From positions 1 through 62,431 of the IMG/VR virus record IMGVR_UViG_3300012933_000323: 62,431 nt of DNA; one strand, written 5' to 3'. This DNA is from a virus (Duplodnaviria; Heunggongvirae; Uroviricota; Caudoviricetes). The notes below the pieces were generated by a model. That model was not told the DNA's origin and made no database searches. It saw nothing but the letters and a program-made list of their open reading frames with translations. Each line of letters starts with the position of its first letter. Positions within the stretch are counted from its first letter, which is position 1. Shown here in pieces: positions 9,734-19,153 of this stretch. A program made the position numbers and the translations under genes.

Positions 9734-11343
9734 TTTTCTACCACCATAATATAAAGCCCATTCCACCACATCGTCTTATCCTCGATATCATTGTTGATAA
9801 GTTTAGAATATAGAACATTTAATTTCGTATCGGATATTCCAAGTTCTACACCTTTTACAACATCAGACCAATTCGCATCATCAAAAACCAATATTGCAAC
9901 ATCAGCTAAACAATCCTTGTAATATGATATTGCTTTACGTGTACTTTCGGTATCATGCGGGCCATCATAAAAGAATAAATCTATTCCGTTGATATTTGTT
10001 TTGTCAATACTTAAGAAGTCACCTTCGTGTACATGTAAATTTTTAATGTACCTTGTATATTTGTCGAACTCTTTTCTTGTATTAAACGGTAATTCAAACT
10101 CATCTTCCTGAGATTGAATATTATTTTCCCAATTATCTACACAATGTATTTCAATGTCAGATATAGCGACAGCTGTTGCACCCATCGCAGAACCAACTTC
10201 GAGATATTTTGTAGCATGAGTTGACAACCCGTATAGTAAATTTTGAACTCGTTTGGATGTAAGTCCAGGAATATCTAAATAATTTGCGTATGAAACACTA
10301 TTAACCAATTCATTCGCAACGGCTTGAACTAACGGGTGTTTGCCTTCGCTGGACTTCTTTTCATAAACCTTATCGCAGAAATTGCAGTCCCAACAATCAA
10401 ACTTGCAATTCTTAATGATCTTTCGCCAAGCATTAATCGGCTTATCAACCAAGTTTGTTTCTTCTAAATATTCTTTAAAGTCATCAAATAGAATATCTTC
10501 ATTAGCTGCGTACTTTTTAATAATATCCATGCTATTAAAGAGTTGTTTAACGGATTCGCGTCCATGCATTTTAAACACGTCCACATATCCCAATAATTCA
10601 ACCCAGTCTTCTCGCCAAGGTGGAATGTTGGCAGTCTTTAATGCAATGCTAGGATCTAGTACATCCCACTTAGGACATGATACACGTGATATGGGATCGT
10701 GAAAATAAGCAGCACCGGTAGTTCTACTGTTGTTGTATTCAAAGTGTTCATCCATCATAGGGCAATTGCCCAAGCAACCCTCGTTGCCCAATAACGAAAG
10801 TTTTACATTATATTTTAATGCGGCTTTTCGTAATTTAATTAATTCATCACGATCTCGCATTAAATCCCTATCCAAATTTACATAATGAAAACCTGCATCT
10901 GCAAGTCCAGCAATTTCGTTTGCCCTGGAAACATTACGTAGAATGGTGTTCTTTATAAGGAGGTCTGGGAATGCGTTTTGAATTTGTTTAGTGGCAACCC
11001 AATGAGTATGTGGAATCGTCGCAGAACGCACACCAGCATCATACAGTTGTTTAAAATTCTGTATGAATAGATCTAAGTTCTTTTGGGTTGGTGCAACTTT
11101 TATGTTGTTGAATGTCGCAGAGACTTTAATACCTAAAGTCTTCTGGATGTGTAATGCAGTTTCTATAGCGAAGTATGCATCTTCTTGATGTATGATAATG
11201 TCCCCCATTGCATCTTGTGTGAACGGGGGCATTCTGCATGTAAAATACAGATCATAGATATAATCTTTATATTCTGAGCAAAAATTATAAAACTCTTCAA
11301 ACTGTTGTTCGCTTAACTTTTGGTTAATAGGTAATGAGAACAT
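9730..11343 (-). CDS. fusion of U32-peptidase-like Fe-S domain and class I SAM-dependent methyltransferase (Methyltransf_24-like)
   Basis: N-part: NTILRNV, VNLDRDLMRD, NEGCLGNCP..EH, FKMHGRE, CKFDCWDCNFC. C-part: YLEVGSAMGAT and IDLFFYDGPHD...VFDDANW. Confidence 0.7.
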   Translation of the reverse strand: MFSLPINQKLSEQQFEEFYNFCSEYKDYIYDLYFTCRMPPFTQDAMGDIIIHQEDAYFAIETALHIQKTLGIKVSATFNNIKVAPTQKNLDLFIQNFKQLYDAGVRSATIPHTHWVATKQIQNAFPDLLIKNTILRNVSRANEIAGLADAGFHYVNLDRDLMRDRDELIKLRKAALKYNVKLSLLGNEGCLGNCPMMDEHFEYNNSRTTGAAYFHDPISRVSCPKWDVLDPSIALKTANIPPWREDWVELLGYVDVFKMHGRESVKQLFNSMDIIKKYAANEDILFDDFKEYLEETNLVDKPINAWRKIIKNCKFDCWDCNFCDKVYEKKSSEGKHPLVQAVANELVNSVSYANYLDIPGLTSKRVQNLLYGLSTHATKYLEVGSAMGATAVAISDIEIHCVDNWENNIQSQEDEFELPFNTRKEFDKYTRYIKNLHVHEGDFLSIDKTNINGIDLFFYDGPHDTESTRKAISYYKDCLADVAILVFDDANWSDVVKGVELGISDTKLNVLYSKLINNDIEDKTMWWNGLYIMVVEK

Positions 11344-11368
11344 GTAATCCTTCTTTCTTTATATTAAT

Positions 11369-12091
11369 TTATATCTCAAACCTCGCTGAATAATCGATTT
11401 GCTCAGCAGTTCGTTGCTTCACTGGCATTTCAATCCCAAACTTATTATGGAGTAATCTATTACAATCATAGATGCTTGCGCAAGACTTAATCAATAATTC
11501 AATCTGTTGTTTTGATGCTAGCATTATTGCAATTGATGTGTTATAAGCTGTAACGGCGTCATTTACTTTAGCCGCCATCTCACCAACAGATATACCACGA
11601 ACCGCGGATAGTGCTGTTAACATTGGCAGATTAGTTTCACCGGCTAAATACGCTTGAGCTTCTGACTTTTGTTGCAACCAAGAATTTTGTTCCAGCGTAG
11701 AAACGCCAATATTTAACTGAACTAAACGCTTGTCAAAGATTTCATCCAAGATTAAGTACATGGCTTCTTGCATTAATTTTGTCGTGTTTGTAATATCAGC
11801 ATCGGTTAATTGATACTGGACCTTCTCACCCGTAGCTTCTTCAGAATTAATAACCTGAAGCCTTTCATTTTGTGGAGTACCTGCACGAACAGAGATTAAT
11901 GTTCTAGCTGCTCCGAAGAACATCCATGACCATGCAACGTCTTCATCAATAACGCGAGCATTTAAATGACGATATTCAACAATGTCGACATGCGTATCTG
12001 GTAAATATCCAACTCGGTAGTCCATCCAACTACCAATAACTTTGATGATGCCAAGTTGTTGTTGATTAACACTTTTGAATAAGAGGTACAT
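11369..12091 (-). CDS. protein with C-terminal tail-fibre-assembly-like domain
   Basis: EQNSWLQQKSEAQAYL...PMLTALSAVRGISVGEMAAKV resembles fibre assembly chaperones; start reassigned to MYLLFK at 12091. Confidence 0.55.
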   Translation of the reverse strand: MYLLFKSVNQQQLGIIKVIGSWMDYRVGYLPDTHVDIVEYRHLNARVIDEDVAWSWMFFGAARTLISVRAGTPQNERLQVINSEEATGEKVQYQLTDADITNTTKLMQEAMYLILDEIFDKRLVQLNIGVSTLEQNSWLQQKSEAQAYLAGETNLPMLTALSAVRGISVGEMAAKVNDAVTAYNTSIAIMLASKQQIELLIKSCASIYDCNRLLHNKFGIEMPVKQRTAEQIDYSARFEI

Positions 12092-12851
12092 TTTGTGTAT
12101 TTTCCTGTGTTTTGTTTTCCAATTGATGGACAAAATCTGTCTTCTCAATTTGAATTAATTTATTAATATCTGAAACCGTTTCGCCATTTTTTAGTAAATG
12201 CACAACGCTATCGGATATTTGATTCATTCTTGACTCATTAGTCAATAGAACCTCGTAAGCCATTGCAATACATTTATTTTGCGCATTAGCATCTAGTTGC
12301 ATAATAGCTTCCATATTGCCAATTCCGATACGGCCATAAGCAATCATATCTAATGCAGCCTGTTTAGCTAAACGATATTCCCAATATTGCGCTTCAATTT
12401 TTTCGCATTCAACTGGATCATTCATTACATCCATGTATAGTTTACCTTGGTCATTTTTACCTTCAGCACTATTATTGAATTCGTCAATTAATTTTAGGTA
12501 TTTTTTAACTTCGTTATCAGCATTTCTAAATTTTTCTTTAGCAATAGCGTGAGCACGTGTTTTAACCATGATTTCTAATTGAGCCAATTTCTTTTCAGCA
12601 TCATATTTCATGTCTAACTGCTGTTCTTCTAATAACGCAATCTCAAGTTCGATTCTTTTGATATCGTTTTCAAAGATTTCTAAATTCTCATAACGAGAAC
12701 CTAACTCCATTAAATATTGTTTAATTTTATGTAATGGATGAATGTGAGAGCCAGCGACAAAGTGTTTAACTTTGAATTCTGGCACTGACCAATCATGTCT
12801 AATTGATTTATCAATTATTTGTTGATGTTCGTTATTGATTGCTGGTAGCAT
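12066..12851 (-). CDS. coiled-coil hypothetical protein
   Basis: EFKVKHFV...PLHKIKQYLMEL followed by a heptad-rich helical region. Confidence 0.65.
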   Translation of the reverse strand: MLPAINNEHQQIIDKSIRHDWSVPEFKVKHFVAGSHIHPLHKIKQYLMELGSRYENLEIFENDIKRIELEIALLEEQQLDMKYDAEKKLAQLEIMVKTRAHAIAKEKFRNADNEVKKYLKLIDEFNNSAEGKNDQGKLYMDVMNDPVECEKIEAQYWEYRLAKQAALDMIAYGRIGIGNMEAIMQLDANAQNKCIAMAYEVLLTNESRMNQISDSVVHLLKNGETVSDINKLIQIEKTDFVHQLENKTQENTQNVPLIQKC

Positions 12852-12854
12852 TTA

Positions 12855-13916
12855 TTATCCTTTCCATCCAGTTGCACCTGATGACCCGCCTGGGACACCT
12901 GTTCGTACAGAGCCAGCACCCAAGGTGTAACCAGCATCTGTGGCATAAAAGAATTTATGACCGTTGTTTGTTTGAGCGCCATTATAATTACCTAACATAT
13001 ATTGTTGGTCTTGGCCCATATCAAAGTTTTCTTCGCCCGTATTACCTTCTACTTTAGCGACAGTACCTTGTGTAGTATTCGTAGTCATATCAGTACGACG
13101 GAAGTTATATCCACCGTTGTATGTACCTTCATTGCCAGCATAACCCTTATACAACTTTGAGTTAATTGCCTTTTGTTGGTTATTAGCGCCAGCAACAGCT
13201 GTAGTAGTTTGTGTTCGGTCAGCCGATGTAGTATCTGTTGCAAATTGAATAGCAATAGATGTTCCATCGCCATATAGTAGTGCTTCTTTATCTGACGTGA
13301 TGGCTTGAACACCCCCGCCTAAACCGTTGGCAATGGTACTTAAACCAGATAATGCTGAAACTTCGGTCGTGAAATTAAATTTATCCGTGTTACTTTGTGA
13401 ACAAATATGAACATACTCATTTTCTTTAAATGCAACACCCGCGTCTTGACGAGCCGTTGACATATTATTTGAACTGCTATATGCAATTGCACTTTCTGTA
13501 GCCATGTTCATCGCTACGGAGTTTACCGATGCTACTGAGTGAGCATTCGCAGCACAGAATACCCATGCTTTAGTTTTACTAGGTGCCCCTTGGATATATG
13601 AAGCGCTATATGCTAACTGATCACCAAGGTTTGTACATACGTCGGTTGCGTGAACCATTCGGTTTACGTTCTTCCAAGGTGATGTGTCTTTGTATCCGCC
13701 AAGAACATACCCAGTCGTAATGATTGTTCGGTATTTAAAACCTGTATCACCAATTGCAACTTGTTGCCATGATGTACCATTCCATTGACGAAGGTGACCC
13801 TTTGTAGTGTTATAGTAAACTTGCCCAATAACTGGGGAAGCTGGATCTGATGCCAAGTTTGGCGTTGCAATGCCGTTGCCATCTAGGACGGTACTGCCGT
13901 TAATTTTGAATGCCAT
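12855..13916 (-). CDS. virion protein with short fibre N-terminus and Kelch-like beta-propeller
   Basis: About six ~45-aa repeats with G-Y/aromatic starts and F/HxT(D/E) ends (GYVLGGY...HATD; KFNFTTE; QFATDT; FFYATD). Confidence 0.55.
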   Translation of the reverse strand: MAFKINGSTVLDGNGIATPNLASDPASPVIGQVYYNTTKGHLRQWNGTSWQQVAIGDTGFKYRTIITTGYVLGGYKDTSPWKNVNRMVHATDVCTNLGDQLAYSASYIQGAPSKTKAWVFCAANAHSVASVNSVAMNMATESAIAYSSSNNMSTARQDAGVAFKENEYVHICSQSNTDKFNFTTEVSALSGLSTIANGLGGGVQAITSDKEALLYGDGTSIAIQFATDTTSADRTQTTTAVAGANNQQKAINSKLYKGYAGNEGTYNGGYNFRRTDMTTNTTQGTVAKVEGNTGEENFDMGQDQQYMLGNYNGAQTNNGHKFFYATDAGYTLGAGSVRTGVPGGSSGATGWKG

Positions 13917-15568
13917 TATAGAATTTCCTCTAATGCAAATTTATATTTCTTACCACTTTTATTATTGATAATGTATAAGTTTTCTGAACCTTCTTGAATT
14001 GTCCAATTACCACGAGTGCCATCAACAGAGTTGCCTTCGTCATGACCTTCGTTAGATAAATGCAAGTCGTTCGTGTAAACGTTTCTCCAACCGATTGTGG
14101 ACGACCCAAGATCATAAGTAGCGCCAGCTGTTGGAATAATATGAGCGGTCATATTAAGTTGGCCAGTCATAGTGTCACCAGCTTTATTTAGTTTTAACCC
14201 TAAAGATGTGTCTACCTCAGTCTTGGTATAAGTTGTTGATTGGTCTGCCTTTAATGCAAGTGCAGTATTAACTTCAGTCTTGGTATAAGTTGTACTTTGA
14301 TCTGCTTTTAAAGATAATGCAGTATCAACTTGTGAAATAGAATATGTGTAACTTGTATAATTACCAGCGTGTAGTACTTGATTACCAGCCTGTGTGATTG
14401 AACCCAATACATTAAATGTACCGTTGGTGTTCAACTTCATTTTCTCAACGCCGTCGATACCAAATGAAATTGCTTTACCGCCAATAGAATCAAAATATGT
14501 TACACCAATGGTGGCACCTGTTCTATCCGTGTTTTGCATAACACCTAGTGAAAGCCCGCCGGAATATTCATTACCTGTTAATGTAATAGCTGGGAATGTT
14601 CCACCAACTGCACCAGGGTAATTAAAGTTAACTGTTCCTGTTAAGCTACCGCCTGTTAACGGTAATGCATATTGGCCAACGTTATCAGTATGTAGTACTG
14701 CTTTACCAAGTTGTGTAATTGGTCCTTTAACTTCTAATGAACCTGTTGCATTACCAGGAAGGCTGACAGATGAGATATCAAATACCCATGGACCTGAGTA
14801 GGTAATCGTCGTATTGAGTACTGAGATTACTGTTACTTGTGTTGTACCAAGTGTTATTACATCACCTTCACTTAAACCAGAAATTGCATTTGTTAGGGCC
14901 ACTGATGCGTCAATGAAACTGACATATCCAGGATTTGAAGATACAGGCGGATAATCGATACCTTCATAAAATGTACTAATAGTTTGAGTACCGACAATAA
15001 GACCATTATCTATTACACCGCCAGTTAATGGTAAATATTGATTATGATGATCGCCCCAAGAATAGGCATTATCCCATTGCGCAATCTTTGTATTATCTTG
15101 TGTCCACTTTGTTCCAACTTGACCAGAAATAGTTGTTGCAAAGTTTGCGTCATTACCTAAAGCAGTGGCAAGCTCATTTAATGTATCTAATGTACTTGGC
15201 GCAGTATCGATCAACGCAGCAATACTTGATGCTACCTGAGCACCCGTTTGATATCCTGAATCGTTTGTTAATTGAGATAGTAATGTAGGAACAGTTACAG
15301 TTTTATAAGTACCATCACCAGATAAGAAATTACCACCACCTTGATCTGTTGGTGGCGAGTACTGAGTAATCGTACTCCATGATGCATCTGTACCGTTTGT
15401 AGTTAAGTACTTACCAAATTGGTTAGTTTGATCTGGTAAAGTGTCTAACGGTTGGTTGTCAATATTGATACCAGCACCAGCTGGTAAATTGATGTTGCCT
15501 AATGGGTCAATCAGTTCATGATCACCCAAATTCAGGCCGTGTTTGATTTTAAAGTTTTGAATAGCCAA
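13916..15568 (-). CDS. tail fibre protein
   Basis: DTAPSTLDTLNELATAL motif, KADQSTTYTKTEV repeats, and a C-terminal WRNVYTNDLHLSNEG...GNWTIQEG..LYIINNKSGKKYKF cap seen in T4-like cyanophage-type fibres. Confidence 0.75.
   Translation of the reverse strand: MAIQNFKIKHGLNLGDHELIDPLGNINLPAGAGINIDNQPLDTLPDQTNQFGKYLTTNGTDASWSTITQYSPPTDQGGGNFLSGDGTYKTVTVPTLLSQLTNDSGYQTGAQVASSIAALIDTAPSTLDTLNELATALGNDANFATTISGQVGTKWTQDNTKIAQWDNAYSWGDHHNQYLPLTGGVIDNGLIVGTQTISTFYEGIDYPPVSSNPGYVSFIDASVALTNAISGLSEGDVITLGTTQVTVISVLNTTITYSGPWVFDISSVSLPGNATGSLEVKGPITQLGKAVLHTDNVGQYALPLTGGSLTGTVNFNYPGAVGGTFPAITLTGNEYSGGLSLGVMQNTDRTGATIGVTYFDSIGGKAISFGIDGVEKMKLNTNGTFNVLGSITQAGNQVLHAGNYTSYTYSISQVDTALSLKADQSTTYTKTEVNTALALKADQSTTYTKTEVDTSLGLKLNKAGDTMTGQLNMTAHIIPTAGATYDLGSSTIGWRNVYTNDLHLSNEGHDEGNSVDGTRGNWTIQEGSENLYIINNKSGKKYKFALEEIL
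14190..14345 (-). repeat. 54-bp tandem coding repeat (TALxLKADQSTTYTKTEV)
   Basis: Two full and one partial 18-aa units; boundaries approximate. Confidence 0.7.
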
Positions 15569-15602
15569 GGTTCACTCTCCCCTTAGTTTTGGTTATTTCA
15601 AT

Positions 15603-15610
15603 TATTTATA
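15603..15610 (-). promoter_or_regulatory. T4-type late promoter TATAAATA
   Basis: Exact match overlapping the upstream stop codon, ahead of the 15568 fibre gene. Confidence 0.7.
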
Positions 15611-16373
15611 ACCTGCTGATGTCGTCTTCCGTGCATTCACTACCGTATTGAATCTCAATAACGTGCAAATCTGTTTTACCGATATTCTGAACTCGATGCC
15701 ATTCGCCTGGATGAACAGTATATGTATCGTGCTTATCCATTCTAAATTTAAACACTTCTAAACCAAGTTCATTAATTGAGTACAATTCGCCAACACCTGA
15801 TTCAATAAACCAAAATTCTGATCGCTTGTCATGGTATTGCATTGATATTGATTTGTTTGGTTCAATAACTAATCTCTTAACTTTTGCATTAGCACTTTGA
15901 TGGTATGTCATTGAATCTCCCCATACTCTTCTTTCGGTAGGAGATTTCCAATCTTTTAAAATCCATGATGAACTATTCTTTTTATCAGTACCACCTACGC
16001 CAAATATGAACTCAACTGTAGGATCATCTTTAAATCGTTGCATCTCAGGAATGTTCATTTCTGTTCTATCACCGCCATTTGCAAAGATGATCTTGTTATT
16101 AGGAAATAGCGCTTTTACTTTATTAATAGCTGCACATGCTGTATTATCAGAATCATCAAATTCAATAACACCCATTACATCTTTTAGGTTCTCTACGATA
16201 GACTTTCGTTCAGCGAAATTCATGAAAGCAGAACCTTTTTTACGCTGCAACCAGTCATCACTATTTAGACCTACCATAACACGGCCATAAGTTCGTGCTG
16301 CTTTAATATATTCAATATGTCCAGAATGAATCGGGTCAAATCCACCTGTCACAATTACAATGCTATCATTCAT
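15606..16373 (-). CDS. bifunctional cytidylyltransferase-like (TagD/RfaE family) + cupin (type II phosphomannose-isomerase C-terminal-like)
   Basis: TGGFDPIHSGH (HxGH), GLNSD and ANGGDR motifs; then WG...VKRLVIEP..SISMQYHDKRSEFW cupin motif. Confidence 0.85.
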   Translation of the reverse strand: MNDSIVIVTGGFDPIHSGHIEYIKAARTYGRVMVGLNSDDWLQRKKGSAFMNFAERKSIVENLKDVMGVIEFDDSDNTACAAINKVKALFPNNKIIFANGGDRTEMNIPEMQRFKDDPTVEFIFGVGGTDKKNSSSWILKDWKSPTERRVWGDSMTYHQSANAKVKRLVIEPNKSISMQYHDKRSEFWFIESGVGELYSINELGLEVFKFRMDKHDTYTVHPGEWHRVQNIGKTDLHVIEIQYGSECTEDDISRL

Positions 16374-16375
16374 GT

Positions 16376-17053
16376 TTATTCCTTAAATATTTTTCTATCA
16401 AACCACATTTGTTCATAACTATTTGTACCCTTGGTATTAAATGACGAAAGGATAGTTCCTTCAGGTTTATACAACCAGTGTAGTTCATCTTTTAAAAATG
16501 CACCCTTTTGTTTTGCAGTTATGTACTTAGATTTTCCAAACGTAATATCGTATTTCTTTAATTTACCTAGCATCATAGGTCCCGTGATATCTAACGGGTG
16601 AGCGCCATAAGCTTTACGCTTGATATTAGATAAACTTACGCCAATGGCATCACTTAAAAACGCATGATTGATTCTATTGAAATACATCACGCCATTATCT
16701 ATTAATGTTTCGCCAATATCATCAGAATCTGGTGCCTCATACAATATTGGAGAATCTTTAAATTCTAGTTTAAACTCTGGGCATATGACAACATCAAAAT
16801 AATATCCGCCGTATTTGTACAAAATGCAATACCTAGCTAAATCTGCCCTAAATGAATATGAATTCAAAGAATCATATAGTTTAACACTAGCATTTCCAAA
16901 TACTGATGCAACTTCAGTTCTACACATATCATTATCATATAACGTATACTTGTAGTCAGAATACAATTCTTTTAATTTGTTCACCTGACTTAGAATATAC
17001 TCGCTATCAATTGAGCCGTTATCTGAGATGTATATTTGATGGATATGTTTCAT
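16376..17053 (-). CDS. glycosyltransferase, GT32/DXD sugar-binding family
   Basis: IHQIY...RADLARYCILYKYGGYYFD...ITGP signature. Confidence 0.8.
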   Translation of the reverse strand: MKHIHQIYISDNGSIDSEYILSQVNKLKELYSDYKYTLYDNDMCRTEVASVFGNASVKLYDSLNSYSFRADLARYCILYKYGGYYFDVVICPEFKLEFKDSPILYEAPDSDDIGETLIDNGVMYFNRINHAFLSDAIGVSLSNIKRKAYGAHPLDITGPMMLGKLKKYDITFGKSKYITAKQKGAFLKDELHWLYKPEGTILSSFNTKGTNSYEQMWFDRKIFKE

Positions 17054-17676
17054 GGTATCTTCACCATAACAATATCTTCATTTAGCCCAAGCTTTACAAA
17101 TGAAAAAGTAAACCCAAATTCATCAGCTATAATCTTTGTTAGTACATCAAGTTCTTTCTTGTTTGATAATTCGTTATACTCAAACGTTAATGAACGATTC
17201 ACCATGAACTTATTTGCACTCAATAGTTCAATAAGTTGTTCAAGGATAATATTTTCACATCCTTCAACATCGATCTTTAAATGATCAACTGAATCAATGT
17301 TATATTTCTTCAATAGTGTCTCAAGTCGCATTGATTGGACGTTTCTCTTATCGTCCAAGATATCTCTTTCAAGAACAGCTGATTCTGCTCCAAAAATCTT
17401 ATGATTCTTTAGCATCCTTTTAAGATGTCTTGGGTTGCTTATTGCGGTTATGGGAATGTAAATGATTCCTGTCATATCTCTTGACTGCACATTCATCTCA
17501 ATAGTCCCGTCTTTATCCGTTATAGCTGAGCACTCAACTAAGACTGTTTTTGATGATGGTAGTACATCACAGAATTCTTTTATAGGTTCTACTAATAACC
17601 CATGGACATTTAAACCATAAGTATCGACGGAGACATTAGTATGACCGCAACCGATATCAATAAATGTATAATTCAT
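17050..17676 (-). CDS. FkbM-family methyltransferase
   Basis: FIDIGC...LVEP...AIT...LKIDVEGCE signature. Confidence 0.8.
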   Translation of the reverse strand: MNYTFIDIGCGHTNVSVDTYGLNVHGLLVEPIKEFCDVLPSSKTVLVECSAITDKDGTIEMNVQSRDMTGIIYIPITAISNPRHLKRMLKNHKIFGAESAVLERDILDDKRNVQSMRLETLLKKYNIDSVDHLKIDVEGCENIILEQLIELLSANKFMVNRSLTFEYNELSNKKELDVLTKIIADEFGFTFSFVKLGLNEDIVMVKIP

Positions 17677-19139
17677 CTTATAATCAACTTCTTCTTTGCT
17701 TTTAAATTTCTAATCTTTTGCTGTATTGGGCTTAATACTCCAACAGCAGCAAGATTTCTGAAAATTTCATCAGTGTGTTTAATGTCGTCCCAATCTTTAT
17801 ATTGACTCTTGCCAGTCAAACCAATGTTATGCGTAAAACGTTTCGATAGTTCTGGGTGAAGGAATGTTAAAGTTGGACATGACTGAATACCACCAGCGCC
17901 GTATGTTTCATTTAGATCAACGAACTTAATACCAGACGTGATTAATGATTTAAATACAACAAAACCATCGTATGGTTCACCCATTGTTAACAATTCATCG
18001 ACAATGTAATTCTTTTCGAAATGATCACGCCATTTTTGAACATCTGGATTTGACATATCAAAAATAAGAATTCCCGACTCAACATGATTATTTCCAGCAT
18101 GTTCGACTTGGCATGCCATAGCGCGATCACTTAGAACATCCTTCGGGAAGCTTTCATATTCGGTCTCATGGAACACCACATCGCCATCAACCCAGAACGC
18201 GTAACCTTCTTTAATTTTCTTCAACGCATCCTGAATAACCATTGCTTTATGACTAAATCGGATTGTCATCTTGTGCACATACTCGGCATATGTACTTTTT
18301 TCTTGAAATTCTTCTTTCCATTTATTATGATTAGGAATCATTTCATCATAATCTAATATTTCAATTTGCGGGTGGTTATCTTCTAATTCAAATCCGTGCT
18401 TATATATCCGTGCTTTTGCATTAGGATATTTGGATGCCACATTTTCTTTGAATGTTCTAATCCATGACTTGCCGTATAGTTCATACCCAGATTGATTAAA
18501 TGTTGTAAAGAATATCATTTCTTTCAAGTCTCTCTTATTAATATAGTTTTGTTCAGATTCACGCCAAGAGCCTGCACACAAATGTGAAATAAATTCTGTA
18601 TGTGTATTTATAGGAAGTAACTTATAATCTGTCTTATTAAATATTTGTTGAAGTGGGTCCATTCCAAAGTTTTGAACTAACATATCTGAGTTGACATCAA
18701 ATGCAATCTTATATCTATCGCACATTACATCAATTACTTCTTTTAGGAATGGGTGCTTTGGTTCAGCCGCAAAAAAGAAATTAGATACATTTGAATGTGT
18801 GTTAATTTCCTGTAAAAGAACTATTGATTCATTCTTTAATAAATCATCAATGTTCTTTCTACAGAATACATCAACATCAGAATAAATTCCACCATTAATA
18901 TAGACAACCGCTACTCGCCAAAAGTCTGCTCTCATTACACCTAATGGTAATGAGCAATACATGTTATAGATTTCTTTCGAAAAGTTTTGCCAAATGAATA
19001 CATCACATGCATTGTCATCCATAAACATAATGTCTAATTCAGGATTGTGTAGTACCCAACTTTTTAAATTTTGAGCATTTTGAGAATCGTTAAGGTAGTC
19101 TACTGACTTGGCAGTCTGCCATAAAATTTTTGGTATCAT
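17673..19139 (-). CDS. two-domain glycosyltransferase (GT32-like N-domain + second GT-A-like domain)
   Basis: MIPKILWQT...RADFWRVAVVYINGGIYSDVD; second domain RFSHKA...FWVDGDV...ESGILIF...DGFVV. Confidence 0.8.
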   Translation of the reverse strand: MIPKILWQTAKSVDYLNDSQNAQNLKSWVLHNPELDIMFMDDNACDVFIWQNFSKEIYNMYCSLPLGVMRADFWRVAVVYINGGIYSDVDVFCRKNIDDLLKNESIVLLQEINTHSNVSNFFFAAEPKHPFLKEVIDVMCDRYKIAFDVNSDMLVQNFGMDPLQQIFNKTDYKLLPINTHTEFISHLCAGSWRESEQNYINKRDLKEMIFFTTFNQSGYELYGKSWIRTFKENVASKYPNAKARIYKHGFELEDNHPQIEILDYDEMIPNHNKWKEEFQEKSTYAEYVHKMTIRFSHKAMVIQDALKKIKEGYAFWVDGDVVFHETEYESFPKDVLSDRAMACQVEHAGNNHVESGILIFDMSNPDVQKWRDHFEKNYIVDELLTMGEPYDGFVVFKSLITSGIKFVDLNETYGAGGIQSCPTLTFLHPELSKRFTHNIGLTGKSQYKDWDDIKHTDEIFRNLAAVGVLSPIQQKIRNLKAKKKLIIR

Positions 19140-19145
19140 AAAAAA

Positions 19146-19153
19146 TATTTATA
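19146..19153 (-). promoter_or_regulatory. T4-type late promoter TATAAATA
   Basis: Exact match overlapping the halogenase stop, just upstream of the glycosyltransferase run. Confidence 0.6.
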
